Notes under the pieces: generated by a model
The model's database searches: none
What the model was told of the DNA's origin: nothing
What the model saw: the letters and a program-made list of their open reading frames with translations, nothing else
Source of the DNA: Alkalispirochaeta sp.
GTDB taxonomy: Bacteria; Spirochaetota; Spirochaetia; DSM-27196; Alkalispirochaetaceae
Length of the DNA: 64,000 nucleotides
Direction: 5' to 3'
Assembly: GCA_965242725.1 (NCBI GenBank)
Contig: CBDESZ010000004.1
Location: 64,001-128,000 of the forward strand
Translations under genes and position numbers: made by a program
Shown: one piece after another, positions 41,454 to 51,679 of the stretch
Layout: every line of letters starts with the position of its first letter
How positions within the stretch are numbered: position 1 is the first letter of the stretch

Positions 41454-42830
41454 GTGCTCGTGGACCCGACACTGGAACAACGCTTTCTCAAATCTGATAA
41501 ACCGCATGTGGTCATGGTGACAAACCACGGGATGCATGCGTGGGAGATCGACGCAGGACTGCCGGACACGGGCGGACAGAATGCGTACGTCAATCAGCTT
41601 TCCCATACGCTGGCACGACTCGGCTTTCGGGTAACCATCTTCAACAGGGGAGGGTATACACATCCCCACAGCGGCGCATTTCGGCGGGGTAGCTCATATG
41701 GATCGGCCAATGAACGGCTGGTCTATCTTGAAGACTCCCGGGATGAATTTATCCGGAAGGAGGATATGGCGCCGCAGGTGGAGGAGCTGGCTGTCGATCT
41801 CGTTGCCCGCCTGCAGGGTGCCCCCGAACCGGTGGCATTTGTTTCCCATTATTGGGACGGCGCGGCCGTCGTCGAGGAAGCACGGAGCCGTCTCGGTCTC
41901 GGGGCTCCGCATATCTGGATTCCCCACTCTCTGGGGGCGCTGAAAAAGCAGGGCACGCCGCAGCAGCAGTGGGATGAGCTCCGTATCGGCGAGCGTATCG
42001 AGCGGGAAGAAGAGCTGCTCGGTCTGGTTGACCTTGTCGGGGCAACTTCGGAGGCGATGAAACGCACCCTCAGCGAGGATTATGGGATCAGTCGAGCCCT
42101 CTTTCTTCCGCCCTGCGTTGACGAGAGACGGTTCAACGTGACGAATCCAAAGGATGACCTTTCCGCCCGGCGGCTGCTGGCTGAGATACTTGGACGCCGG
42201 GAAGAGGATATCGCACGGTCACGGATCATTACGGAGGTGAGCCGGACAGACCGGACCAAGCGCAAGGATGTTCTTATTGAAGCTTTTGCCCGAATCAGGA
42301 GACACTATCCCGACACGGTTCTGGCGATCACAATCGACAGGAATGCCGGCGAGTTGTATCGCGAGCTTTCCGCGCTTATTACCGAACGGGGCGTGTCCGG
42401 CAACGTGGCGGTACTCGGCTCAATCGGAACGTATCTGCCGTCCCTGTACGGCATGACCGACGTCTACTGCACACCCTCCATCATGGAGGGGTTCGGCATG
42501 TCCATACAGGAGGCGGCAGCGTGCGGCGTTCCCGCGGTGGCGAGCAGGCGGGTTCCCTTTGCCGTCGAGTATCTCCTGGGCACATCCGTCCGGGAGCGCG
42601 GTCAGCTTCAGGTCGGGGAAGGCGCGGTCGTGGTTCCCCCGGACAGCGTCGGCGCCACGGCGGAAGGGCTGGAGTTTTTCCTGCAGGACGAGAGGCGGCG
42701 ACGGGCAATGGGCGCGGCGGCGCACAAAATAACAATTCCCCGGTTTACCTGGGGCGCAGTGACCCGGGCGTTTCTGGAGGAAGCGGGAATCGAGATTCCC
42801 GGGGAAGGGGCAACAGACATTGAACAGTGA
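41454..42830 (+). CDS. GT4 glycosyltransferase of the sucrose(-phosphate) synthase-like group
   Basis: PDTGGQNAYV, SHYWDG, PHSLG and EGFGMSIQEAAACG motifs. Confidence 0.85.
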   Translation: MLVDPTLEQRFLKSDKPHVVMVTNHGMHAWEIDAGLPDTGGQNAYVNQLSHTLARLGFRVTIFNRGGYTHPHSGAFRRGSSYGSANERLVYLEDSRDEFIRKEDMAPQVEELAVDLVARLQGAPEPVAFVSHYWDGAAVVEEARSRLGLGAPHIWIPHSLGALKKQGTPQQQWDELRIGERIEREEELLGLVDLVGATSEAMKRTLSEDYGISRALFLPPCVDERRFNVTNPKDDLSARRLLAEILGRREEDIARSRIITEVSRTDRTKRKDVLIEAFARIRRHYPDTVLAITIDRNAGELYRELSALITERGVSGNVAVLGSIGTYLPSLYGMTDVYCTPSIMEGFGMSIQEAAACGVPAVASRRVPFAVEYLLGTSVRERGQLQVGEGAVVVPPDSVGATAEGLEFFLQDERRRRAMGAAAHKITIPRFTWGAVTRAFLEEAGIEIPGEGATDIEQ

Positions 42831-43881
42831 ACCCACGTCTCTCTCGCGATCGATCGCCGAGGAACATCGTGCATCCTTCGACCTGAAATCGGCAACCTGG
42901 GACAGGATCAGCGAGCTGATACGGAATGGCGAGACCTTCAGCCGCTTTGCGCCGGAAGAGGGCTATGCCGTCGATCCCCGGGATCAGGGAATCACCCTGT
43001 TCAACCACCGACGGGCCAAACGGCCCCATGACTACACGCCGTCATCGGACGCGACCGGGCGGGGCGCCCCGTCCACCGCGCCGCAATGCCCCATCTGTGC
43101 CGGCACGATCACCCCCATCATCGACATGGCGGACCTTCACGAGGGATACACCTTTCTCAACACCAACCTCTATCCGATCATCGCCCCGCCGGCGGGAGCT
43201 CACTTTCTTCAGTGGACCAGTTCCAATCACGATACGGACTGGCCGGAACTCACTCCTTCGGATCGGACGGTGGTAATGGAGCGGCTTGCCGCTCTTGAGA
43301 AGACGCTGCTGAAAATGCCCGGGTTTCCGGAAGGTCCCGATGGGCGCATTGTCTCGATTATCAAGAACGTCGGTCGCAGTGTGGGAGGCTCTCTCAGTCA
43401 CGGTCATCAGCAGATCGTCCTCTCCGGCGTTATGCCCAGGCGCGTCCGGGAAAACCTGGACTACTCCAGGGACCGGGGGACGCCCTTTTCCCGAACCCTC
43501 CTTGAAACGACACCGCGAGAGCTCGTCGTAGCGGAGCTTGACCGGGGGACGCTCGTCGTACCTCCCTACATGCGGCGGCCCTATGACATGCTCTTTCTGC
43601 TCCATAATTCAGAGCCTTCACAGCTCCACGAGCTCTCCCCGGCGGAACTCTCTAGTCTCGCGGAAGGGTTCTCCCTGGGGATGTGTCTCATGCGGTCGGT
43701 CCTGCTATCCCTGGGAAGGGAAATTGCCTACAATGTGCTTATTCATACCGGTCCCGGGGCAGGGATCTATCTTGAATTTCTGCCGTGGACGCAGGAAAAC
43801 GGAGGATACGAGCAACTCGGGCTGAACGCCTGTCAGGGAGTCCCCCAGGAAGCGACGCGGGTGCTCCGGGAGTTCTTATAG
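42820..43881 (+). CDS. GalT-like (HIT superfamily) nucleotidyltransferase or NDP-sugar phosphorylase
   Basis: RRAKRP, CPIC, NLYP and KNVGRSVGGSLSHGHQQ motifs. Confidence 0.75.
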   Translation: MNSEPTSLSRSIAEEHRASFDLKSATWDRISELIRNGETFSRFAPEEGYAVDPRDQGITLFNHRRAKRPHDYTPSSDATGRGAPSTAPQCPICAGTITPIIDMADLHEGYTFLNTNLYPIIAPPAGAHFLQWTSSNHDTDWPELTPSDRTVVMERLAALEKTLLKMPGFPEGPDGRIVSIIKNVGRSVGGSLSHGHQQIVLSGVMPRRVRENLDYSRDRGTPFSRTLLETTPRELVVAELDRGTLVVPPYMRRPYDMLFLLHNSEPSQLHELSPAELSSLAEGFSLGMCLMRSVLLSLGREIAYNVLIHTGPGAGIYLEFLPWTQENGGYEQLGLNACQGVPQEATRVLREFL

Positions 43882-43897
43882 ACGGTGTCACTGGACG

Positions 43898-44920
43898 ATG
43901 CAAACAAAAATGGCGGATGTAGCGAGGCTCGCCGGCGTTTCGCCTGCAACGGTCTCGCGGGTACTCAATCGAACGAAACACGTAGATCCCGCGCTGGAAG
44001 AAAAGGTGCGGGAGGCGGTCAGAACCCTCAACTATGAGCCCGACCAGAATGCACGCTGGCTTTCCGCCCGGCGCAGCAATGTGGTGGGACTTGTCGTTCC
44101 AGGCGTGGTAGAGAATAATCTCGGTGCCTTTCTACACGCATGCTCCATTTCCCTTGAAGAACGCGGATACAGTCTCATGGTCGCGTTGAGCGACGGAGAC
44201 AAGCGTATGGAGCTGGAATTGCTCCGGGCGCAGCTCCAGTCCCACGTGTCCGGTATCATGCTGGTCACTCCCTTTCCGGACAATAAAAGTCGCTCCCTCC
44301 TGCGGAAGAGCGGCATTCCCCTCCTGTATGCCCTCAATCCCGATCCGACCGGTCGCTTTTCCTCGGTCGTCTTCGACGAGGAACGTGCCGCCGAGGCTCT
44401 TCTCACCGAGGTCCTTCGGGCGCGGCTTCGCATGCCCCGTATTGGAGAAGTGGTCATTCTTGCCGGAGTCAAGCAGCAGGACAGCGCCACCAGTCGACGA
44501 GTTCAGGGGTTCCTCCGTGCCCTGCAGAAACTGGATGCGCCGCCACCGCGCGTGGTTGACTGCGAGGGCACCATAGACGGTGCATACAGGGTGTCACTGT
44601 CGCTTCTGCAGGAAACACCTCCCAGGATTCTTGCAGCCACCACCGACTACTTTGCCATTGCCGCCGCAAGAGCGGCACATGATGCAGGAGTTGCAATTCC
44701 GCGGCAGCTCGCGGTGCTTGGCTTCGGTGAGAACGTGTATTCCCATACCTGTTCACCGACGATCACGACCGTCCGGTTTGACGGCCGCCTCCTCGGCGAG
44801 CGGTGCGGAGATACCATCGCGTCCCTCATGGAAGGCAAACGACCGCAGCGGCATGTGATTCTCGGGTTTGACCTTGTTCCCGGTGAGAGTTGTCCCCTCT
44901 CTCCCTCGGAGGTACCCTGA
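43898..44920 (+). CDS. LacI-family regulator
   Basis: DVARLAGVSPATVSRVLN HTH. Confidence 0.95.
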   Translation: MQTKMADVARLAGVSPATVSRVLNRTKHVDPALEEKVREAVRTLNYEPDQNARWLSARRSNVVGLVVPGVVENNLGAFLHACSISLEERGYSLMVALSDGDKRMELELLRAQLQSHVSGIMLVTPFPDNKSRSLLRKSGIPLLYALNPDPTGRFSSVVFDEERAAEALLTEVLRARLRMPRIGEVVILAGVKQQDSATSRRVQGFLRALQKLDAPPPRVVDCEGTIDGAYRVSLSLLQETPPRILAATTDYFAIAAARAAHDAGVAIPRQLAVLGFGENVYSHTCSPTITTVRFDGRLLGERCGDTIASLMEGKRPQRHVILGFDLVPGESCPLSPSEVP

Positions 44921-45939
44921 TGGCGACGATCAAGGATGTTGCCCGATTTGCCGGCGTCTCTCCATCGACGGTTTCCCGGGCGCTCAATCGCGGCGAAGGG
45001 TCCGAAGACGTCCTGCGACGGGTGCAGCGTGCCGCGCGCACATTGGACTATCAGGTGAGTGAATCCGCCCGCGGGCTGAAGCAGCGCCAGACCAATATCG
45101 TCGGCGTCATCGTCGCGGATATCTCTAATCCACCAACGTCGCGGATGTTCCATGGTGTCGCGAGAATTATGCATACCCACGGCATGACGGTCATGCTCGG
45201 AAATTCAGAAGCGGTACCTGGCAAGGAAATGGAACTCCTGGAAATGTTCGGGAGGCAGCACGTCGCGGGCGTCGTCTACGCGGGGAAAGGGGTCACCGAG
45301 GAGGTTGCCGCTGCTTTGAACGAGTTTTCCGCACCGGTGGTGGTTGCGGCGCAGGAGTCGCGTTCCACGCGATGGCCTATGGTACTGTTCGGCAACTATC
45401 GCGCAAGTTACGAGGTCACCACCACCCTTATCAACCACGGGCACCGGGATATCGGCTATATTTCCGCACCGCTGGACGACCAGCAGGCGGGAAGGCGACG
45501 ACAACGGGGGCATCTTGATGCCATGGAAGCGGCGGGAATATTTGCATCTCAGGGGTATATGCAGCACGCCGAGTTCTCCGTCGCGTCCGGGTACGCCGCA
45601 ATGGCGAGAATGCTTGACGAAGCGCCGCACCCGCCCACGGCGGTCGCCACGGGGTCCGATCTCATCGCCATAGGGGCGATGCGCTGTCTCCGCGACCGGG
45701 GCATTTCGATTCCCGGCGACATATCGATCTTTGGATTCGACGACATTCCCGTCTGTTCAAAACTGGTCCCTTCGCTCTCGTCGGTCTGGCTCGACTTTCA
45801 TGAGCTTGGTGAGGTGTGTGCCGATCTTCTGTATCGAATGGTCGGAAGAGGAGATACACAGGTGGAGCGAGTGGTGCTGAGCCACAAAATGGAATTACGG
45901 GAGTCGATACGGTCCACTGGAGACGTGCAGGGGAGGTAG
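44920..45939 (+). CDS. LacI-family regulator
   Basis: TIKDVARFAGVSPSTVSRALN HTH and GFDD motif. Confidence 0.95.
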   Translation: MATIKDVARFAGVSPSTVSRALNRGEGSEDVLRRVQRAARTLDYQVSESARGLKQRQTNIVGVIVADISNPPTSRMFHGVARIMHTHGMTVMLGNSEAVPGKEMELLEMFGRQHVAGVVYAGKGVTEEVAAALNEFSAPVVVAAQESRSTRWPMVLFGNYRASYEVTTTLINHGHRDIGYISAPLDDQQAGRRRQRGHLDAMEAAGIFASQGYMQHAEFSVASGYAAMARMLDEAPHPPTAVATGSDLIAIGAMRCLRDRGISIPGDISIFGFDDIPVCSKLVPSLSSVWLDFHELGEVCADLLYRMVGRGDTQVERVVLSHKMELRESIRSTGDVQGR

Positions 45940-45973
45940 AGCCGGCCGGCTCACTTCATGAGCCGGCCGGTTT
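45940..45973. terminator. Hairpin between convergent genes
   Basis: CCGGCCGGCTCA-CTTCA-TGAGCCGGCCGG. Confidence 0.7.
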
Positions 45974-45985
45974 CAGCCAATTTGT

Positions 45986-46936
45986 TCAGTTAATGATTTC
46001 TGCGGCTTTGATTAAAGCTACGGGAAGACGAAAACCGCCGTTCCGCAGGATGTTGGTGTTTACAAACATCAGTCCATCCTCGTTCGGTACGATGTCAATA
46101 GAACTCACCGGGGTTCCCCGGAGGATTCTTAACGCCGTCGTTGCGGACCAAACGCCCTGTTCCTGGGCGCTCTTGGCGATCGTCAGGAGGCTCATCGGTG
46201 CGGTGAAGGTGTCCAGCGATCCCGAGGGGATCCGGGTGTTGGCCTCCGCAAAGGTCTGTGCCGCACCGTCGTCCCAGTCTGCGATTCCGGTCGGGTTGCC
46301 GACGATCAGGATATCCACGTCGTTCTGAATGGCAACAAATGCGTCTCTCCATTCTCCGAAGGTCTCGACGTAGACCTCTTCCATGGGGGCACCAAGCTCG
46401 CGATTGTAGAATGACGCCTCTTTCCGTGCCGTTTCCCGGTCCGCCGCCAGATAGCCCACCGTGCTGCCGTCGGCTATTCTGCCGAGATGATCGACTACCT
46501 GCTTGACCAGTGCAACTTCAACCATTCCCGTCACATTGTCTGTGGGGAAACCGTATCCTGATGCGTCCCAGTTGACACCGCAGAATACAAAGGGAATATC
46601 ACCGTCGGCGTAGTAGGGAACGATGAGATACTTTGATGCGTTGTCATCTGCGGCGATGACGACATCGGGATTCCAGGACTGGATTACCCGGCGTGCCTCT
46701 TCAGCTGCGGAAACGGCAAATGCTTCGGAAGCATTCCGCTTCGTGTCCATGTGGATCACCCGCAACTCGACGCCGCTTCCGGCCAGCCCTTGTTCGATAC
46801 CCTCGACGATACCGTCACTCCATGCATACCCTTCGTGATATGAGTCAACGAAAAGTACCTTGTCGCCTGCCTGCGCCGAGGCGGCTGCCGCGGACAGTAA
46901 TGCTACGACCGCTACGATTAATAACCTCTTAGTCAT
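45986..46936 (-). CDS. Periplasmic ABC-type substrate-binding-like protein
   Basis: Signal peptide; SYHEGYAWS, MDTKR, DDNA and PFVFCGVN motifs. Confidence 0.8.
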   Translation of the reverse strand: MTKRLLIVAVVALLSAAAASAQAGDKVLFVDSYHEGYAWSDGIVEGIEQGLAGSGVELRVIHMDTKRNASEAFAVSAAEEARRVIQSWNPDVVIAADDNASKYLIVPYYADGDIPFVFCGVNWDASGYGFPTDNVTGMVEVALVKQVVDHLGRIADGSTVGYLAADRETARKEASFYNRELGAPMEEVYVETFGEWRDAFVAIQNDVDILIVGNPTGIADWDDGAAQTFAEANTRIPSGSLDTFTAPMSLLTIAKSAQEQGVWSATTALRILRGTPVSSIDIVPNEDGLMFVNTNILRNGGFRLPVALIKAAEIIN

Positions 46937-48710
46937 TTTCGACTCCTTTCTCCGTCTTGAACTTGTTTATCTCCCCCATTAGAGAGGAGGTGCTATCGCC
47001 CAATTTGTCGTTCAGGGATGTGATATTCTGCATCGACTGGTTGATTGACATGACGCCGGTCACGATTTCGTCCATACCGGTGGTGACCTCCGCCGATATG
47101 TGGCGGACTTCCGTGAGGTGTTGTGATCCCGACGTCGATACCTCGCTCACTTCGTCGGCGCCGCGTTTCACGTTTATTGCAACTTCGCTGAGAATGCTCA
47201 TCGACTTGAGCAGTTCCTCGCCACCCACCGCAAGCTCATTGGTGGACGAGGTGATCTCCTGAAGTGCTCCCGCCACGGCAACGACCTCTTTGTCGATTTC
47301 TTTGAAGGCGTCACGTGTTTCGACGCCGGCAGTGTATGCTGACTGAATACGCCCGATGATACTCTTCAGAACGGTTTCGATGTTCTTTGAGTTGAGGGCG
47401 CTGGTTTCCGCCAGTTTCCGTATTTCCGCGGCGACAACGGCAAAGCCCTTGCCCGATTCTCCCGCGTGGGCCGCCTCAATGGCGGCGTTCATCGCCAGAA
47501 GGTTTGTTTGTGCCGCAATGGAGTTGATCAACTCCACCATTTCCTGGATTTGATTCACATTTGACGAGATTTCTTCAATGATCGTATTCGTGTTTTCAAG
47601 CTTCTCTCCACCCTGGTTTGCGGTATTCACCAGGGCAGTGGTGGAAGCCTGTTTTGCCTTGGTGATCTGGGCAACCTGCTTCAATGATGCGATCATTTCG
47701 TTCACCGCGGCCGTCGATTGGGTAACCATCGACGCGTGATTTTCGATTTCCTTATTCAGAGAGCTTGCGGTATTCGCCATTCGCTCCATTGACGACGCGG
47801 AGCTGTCGATCTTGTCGTCAAGCAGGCTGATCCGCTCCTTCATGCTTGAGACATTGACTGAAATCTGGTTCACCGCCGAAGCCGTTGTCGTCGTGTTTTC
47901 CGCCAACTCAGTGTTCACCGACTCCGTTTCCCGACCGACCATCTTGATGTGCCGGACGATTTCCCGGAGAGTTCCGACAAAGTCATTGAATGCTTTTGCG
48001 AGCTGTCCCGTTTCGTTCTTTGATCGGACGATGACTTGCTCGGTGAGATCTCCACCGCCCTCGGCGATTGCCTGAATACGATCATTCACGAGCCGCAACG
48101 GGCCGAGCATACGCCCCGTCACCACCAGAACGATTGCCACGATGACACTCGTCGCAAATAACATTGAGACCACCAGGCTCTGGAGGAATGCGTTGCGCTC
48201 CGCCGTCTTGTCGGACCGATTGAGGCCGTATGCGACGACCCAGTCCCACGGCTCAAAGTAACGGAAGGAGCTCCAGCGCTCCTCGCCGTTGTAGGAATAG
48301 TCCAGGGTCCCGTTCTTCTGTTCAATCATGTACTGGACAAAGGATGCATCCTGTACTTCCGTCGATCCTGTCTCGACGGAAGGATGCATGACGACAGTCC
48401 CTTCCGCGTCGATGATGAAGGGGTAAATAGTCTGTTCTTCCGTCGTGTAGTAGGTGCTGCGCAGGGTATCGATGATGTCGCTTTGGAAGTCTTCCTGGTA
48501 GATCTCCACCAAGCCCGTATCTTCAAGATCGCGATTCTGGTTTTCAAGCGATTCGGTAATAATGCGCAGGCGCTCGGCAAAGTCCTCTTCCTTCATATTG
48601 GAAATGATTGAATCAAGTCTGAAATAGGAGTAGGAAAAAAGGAACGCCGTCAAAACCAGGAGTGCCAGCGCGATTGAGGCGAAGAGCACAGTTCTAATAG
48701 ATTTTGTCAT
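46929..48710 (-). CDS. Cache-domain methyl-accepting chemotaxis protein
   Basis: YPFIID...HP and FEPWDWVV Cache motifs; QTNLLAMNAAIEAAHAGE. Confidence 0.95.
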   Translation of the reverse strand: MTKSIRTVLFASIALALLVLTAFLFSYSYFRLDSIISNMKEEDFAERLRIITESLENQNRDLEDTGLVEIYQEDFQSDIIDTLRSTYYTTEEQTIYPFIIDAEGTVVMHPSVETGSTEVQDASFVQYMIEQKNGTLDYSYNGEERWSSFRYFEPWDWVVAYGLNRSDKTAERNAFLQSLVVSMLFATSVIVAIVLVVTGRMLGPLRLVNDRIQAIAEGGGDLTEQVIVRSKNETGQLAKAFNDFVGTLREIVRHIKMVGRETESVNTELAENTTTTASAVNQISVNVSSMKERISLLDDKIDSSASSMERMANTASSLNKEIENHASMVTQSTAAVNEMIASLKQVAQITKAKQASTTALVNTANQGGEKLENTNTIIEEISSNVNQIQEMVELINSIAAQTNLLAMNAAIEAAHAGESGKGFAVVAAEIRKLAETSALNSKNIETVLKSIIGRIQSAYTAGVETRDAFKEIDKEVVAVAGALQEITSSTNELAVGGEELLKSMSILSEVAINVKRGADEVSEVSTSGSQHLTEVRHISAEVTTGMDEIVTGVMSINQSMQNITSLNDKLGDSTSSLMGEINKFKTEKGVEND

Positions 48711-48893
48711 CGTGGGGTCTCCCCGAAAAAGCCAAAACGTTTTTCGTAATTTATTTTAATCGCAAGCTATCACCCGTTTGTGCCGCCGTCAATAAAAATG
48801 TGCCTTTTTCAGTTTTTTTAGCGCTGTTCCGTCGCGTATCTCTGTGGTCTTTGACTTCTGTACCTCTAAATGCGTTATTTGTATCTTCCACCA

Positions 48894-50393
48894 ATGGGAC
48901 AGGTACAACCAAAGCATAGCGGATGGATTTTAACGGCAACGATCCTCGCCAGCGGTCTCGGTTTCTTCATGGGATCCGCGGTGAACGTGATGCTGCCGAC
49001 GATACAGGGTGTGTGGGACCTGGAGCTCGCAGTGGTGCAGTGGGTGGCCAACGGCTATGCCCTCACGCTCTCCGCCTTTATTCTCCTGAGCGGCGCCCTG
49101 GGTGATCTCTTCGGGGTCCGGCGTACCTTTGCGGCGGGAATCCTGATTTTTGCCGGCGGCGGTGCCCTCTGTGCGCTCTCACCGACTCCCGCGTTTCTGA
49201 TCGGTTCCAGGGCCGTACAGGGTTTCGGAGCGGCGATCATGGTTCCCGGAAGCCTCGCGATCATCAATCGCCTCTTTCCCGAGGAGGATCGTGGACGGGT
49301 CATCGGTCTCTGGGCGGGAATCTCCGGCGCCATCGCCGCCCTCGGACCCTTCCTGGGCGGAGTTCTCGCGGAGGTGAGCTGGCGTCTCGCATTCTGGTTT
49401 GTCGTTCCCGTGGGTATCGTTGCCGCATGGATCACATTGAAATATGTTCCCGTTCTCCGGGATGATACGGAACGACCGGTGGACTGGGCCGGGGCGGGGT
49501 GCGTCCTGGCCGGACTGGGAGGGCTGTCCTATGGCCTCGTACGAATTCCTGAAGTGGGCGTTACCTGGCTGACCGGCGGTGCCTTGATGCTTGCGTTCTT
49601 TTCCGGTGTCGCGTTCCTGTTTGTCGAGCGCCGTGCGGCGGCCCCGATCGTCCCTTTTCAGATGATGGACCGGGGAGTGGGCGTCGCGAATCTGGCAACG
49701 ATACTCCTCTATTTCTCGTTTCAGGGCTCTTTTTTCATCCTCTCATTCCTCTTGCAGCAGCTCGTGGGGTATTCAGCAAGTTTCACCGGTATCGCCTTTC
49801 TTCCGGCAACCTTCATGATCGCCATATTCGCAGCGCCGAGCGGAAAGATCACCGACCGCCTCGGCCCGCGTTTCCAGCTCGTCGCCGGCCCCTTTGTCGT
49901 CGCGTCGGCGCTGGTGATCATGATTCTTGGTGCCCGGGTGGAGTCGTTTCTCATGTTCTGGCTGCCGGTCATTCTCCTCTTTGGCGGAGGAATGGTGTTG
50001 CTGGTGCCCGCCGTGACGAAGGCGGCCCTTCTCGTTCCGGACCGCTTTTCCGGCGCCGCATCGGGGGTGAATAACGCGGCCGCCCGGACTGCGGGACTTC
50101 TGGCGATCACCGTACTCGGTGCCGCTCTCAACGGAGGGTACCAGGCCGTTCTGCCTGACCTGTTGCCGGGCGGACTTTCCCCGGATATGCACGAGTCAAT
50201 TCTCGCCGGGGCGGGGCGCCTCCTCTCGGCCCCGTTACCGGAAGGCATGTCGCCGGAGCTGGCGGCGGCGGTGGAAGAGGCGCGGCGGGCGGCCTTCGCC
50301 TTTGCCGGTAGACTTGCACTTAGCGTCGCCGCCGCAGCGGCGCTGGCGGGCTCTCTCCTGTCCCTTGCGGCGTATCCGCGGGAGAAGACATAG
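48894..50393 (+). CDS. MFS (DHA2/EmrB-like) efflux transporter
   Basis: GALGDLFGVRR, RAVQGFGAA and LGPFLGG motifs. Confidence 0.9.
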   Translation: MGQVQPKHSGWILTATILASGLGFFMGSAVNVMLPTIQGVWDLELAVVQWVANGYALTLSAFILLSGALGDLFGVRRTFAAGILIFAGGGALCALSPTPAFLIGSRAVQGFGAAIMVPGSLAIINRLFPEEDRGRVIGLWAGISGAIAALGPFLGGVLAEVSWRLAFWFVVPVGIVAAWITLKYVPVLRDDTERPVDWAGAGCVLAGLGGLSYGLVRIPEVGVTWLTGGALMLAFFSGVAFLFVERRAAAPIVPFQMMDRGVGVANLATILLYFSFQGSFFILSFLLQQLVGYSASFTGIAFLPATFMIAIFAAPSGKITDRLGPRFQLVAGPFVVASALVIMILGARVESFLMFWLPVILLFGGGMVLLVPAVTKAALLVPDRFSGAASGVNNAAARTAGLLAITVLGAALNGGYQAVLPDLLPGGLSPDMHESILAGAGRLLSAPLPEGMSPELAAAVEEARRAAFAFAGRLALSVAAAAALAGSLLSLAAYPREKT

Positions 50394-50473
50394 GGCGTAA
50401 CAGACGCCGGGCGGGCTGGCGGCCGGTCAGGACCGGTGTGTGCTGATCGGGTCCCGGCTGTTTGTGAGCGGCG

Positions 50474-51445
50474 TCAGCGGAAGACTTCAGGATTCAGGCA
50501 CGTTTCAGGGATTTCATTCTGCAGCATCGCTATGACGTTGCGCGCGGCAAGTTCGGCCATACCGTTCCGCGACTCCTGCGTTGCACTTGCGGTATGGGGC
50601 GTTACGACGACATTGTCCAGTTCCGCGAGCCCCTCAACCATGCGGGGTTCAAATTCATACACGTCAAGACCCGCACCGGCGATTTCTCCCGATTTCAGAG
50701 CGTCAACCAGCTCCGCCTCGTTGACGATCGGTCCACGGGCGGTATTGATCAAATAGGCGGACTTCTTCATTTTGCTGAAGACCTCCTTCCCGAACATGTG
50801 TCTCGTTGACGGCAGCAGGGGAACGTGGATGGAAATGAAGTCCGATTCCTTCACGAGCGTTTCAAAGTCGACTTTTCGTGCACCCAGCTCACGCTCAAGG
50901 CGGTCGTTCGTCCGGTCATCGACATACAATACCGGCATGTCAAATCCGCGGGACTTCATCGCCATCGCTTCGCCGATGCGTCCGGCCCCGATGAGTCCGA
51001 GCACGCGGCCGTGAATATCGCCGCCGATGAACTGCATCGGACCCCATCCGGACCACCCGCCGGTGCGCATGAGGCGGTCGGACTCCACGACACGCCTGCT
51101 CACCGCAAAGAGCAGTGCCCACGCCTGTTCCGCCGTGGCATGGGTCAGGACACCGGGTGTGTTGGACAGGAGGATCTTCCGCCGGGTTGCCTCGGCGACA
51201 TCCATATTGTCGAAACCGACGGCGTAATTGGCAAATCCCTTCGCCTTTTTGGCGGCCTCAAAGGCTTCCCCATCGACCTTGTCGGTGAGGAGCGTGATGA
51301 CCGCATCAGCCTCGCTGATACCTTCAAGAAACTCTTCCCGATTCAGACCCCGGTCATGGGGACTCACCGTGACGGTGTGTCCCGCATCGCGAAGGAGAGT
51401 GATCCCCGCTTCAGGTATCTTTCTCGTTACAAATATGTTTGCCAT
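50474..51445 (-). CDS. D-glycerate dehydrogenase / glyoxylate reductase family
   Basis: AVGFDN, NTPGVL, GAGRIG, NTARG, LDVYEFEP and TPH motifs. Confidence 0.93.
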   Translation of the reverse strand: MANIFVTRKIPEAGITLLRDAGHTVTVSPHDRGLNREEFLEGISEADAVITLLTDKVDGEAFEAAKKAKGFANYAVGFDNMDVAEATRRKILLSNTPGVLTHATAEQAWALLFAVSRRVVESDRLMRTGGWSGWGPMQFIGGDIHGRVLGLIGAGRIGEAMAMKSRGFDMPVLYVDDRTNDRLERELGARKVDFETLVKESDFISIHVPLLPSTRHMFGKEVFSKMKKSAYLINTARGPIVNEAELVDALKSGEIAGAGLDVYEFEPRMVEGLAELDNVVVTPHTASATQESRNGMAELAARNVIAMLQNEIPETCLNPEVFR

Positions 51446-51480
51446 TTTTTCTTCTCCTTTGGTTTTACGCCCGTCGTCGG

Positions 51481-51640
51481 TCAGCCGCCGAATCCCACAA
51501 GACGTGGAAGCCAGAGTACGATGTCGGGAACATAGGTACAGAGCAACAGTACCGCTACGAGGGGTACGATAAAGATCATAACTTCCCGATAGAGTGATTG
51601 TAACGGGATATCGCCGACTTTGCTCGTTAAAAAAAGCGAC
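51481..51640 (-). pseudogene. TRAP transporter large permease (DctM) C-terminal relic
   Basis: LFLTSKVGDIPLQSLYREV...LLLCTYVPDIVLWLPRLVG resembles DctM C-termini; the rest of the gene is absent. Confidence 0.65.
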
Positions 51641-51679
51641 CGAAAGGGGGGCGGCGAGTTTACGCCTTCCCCGCGACAT

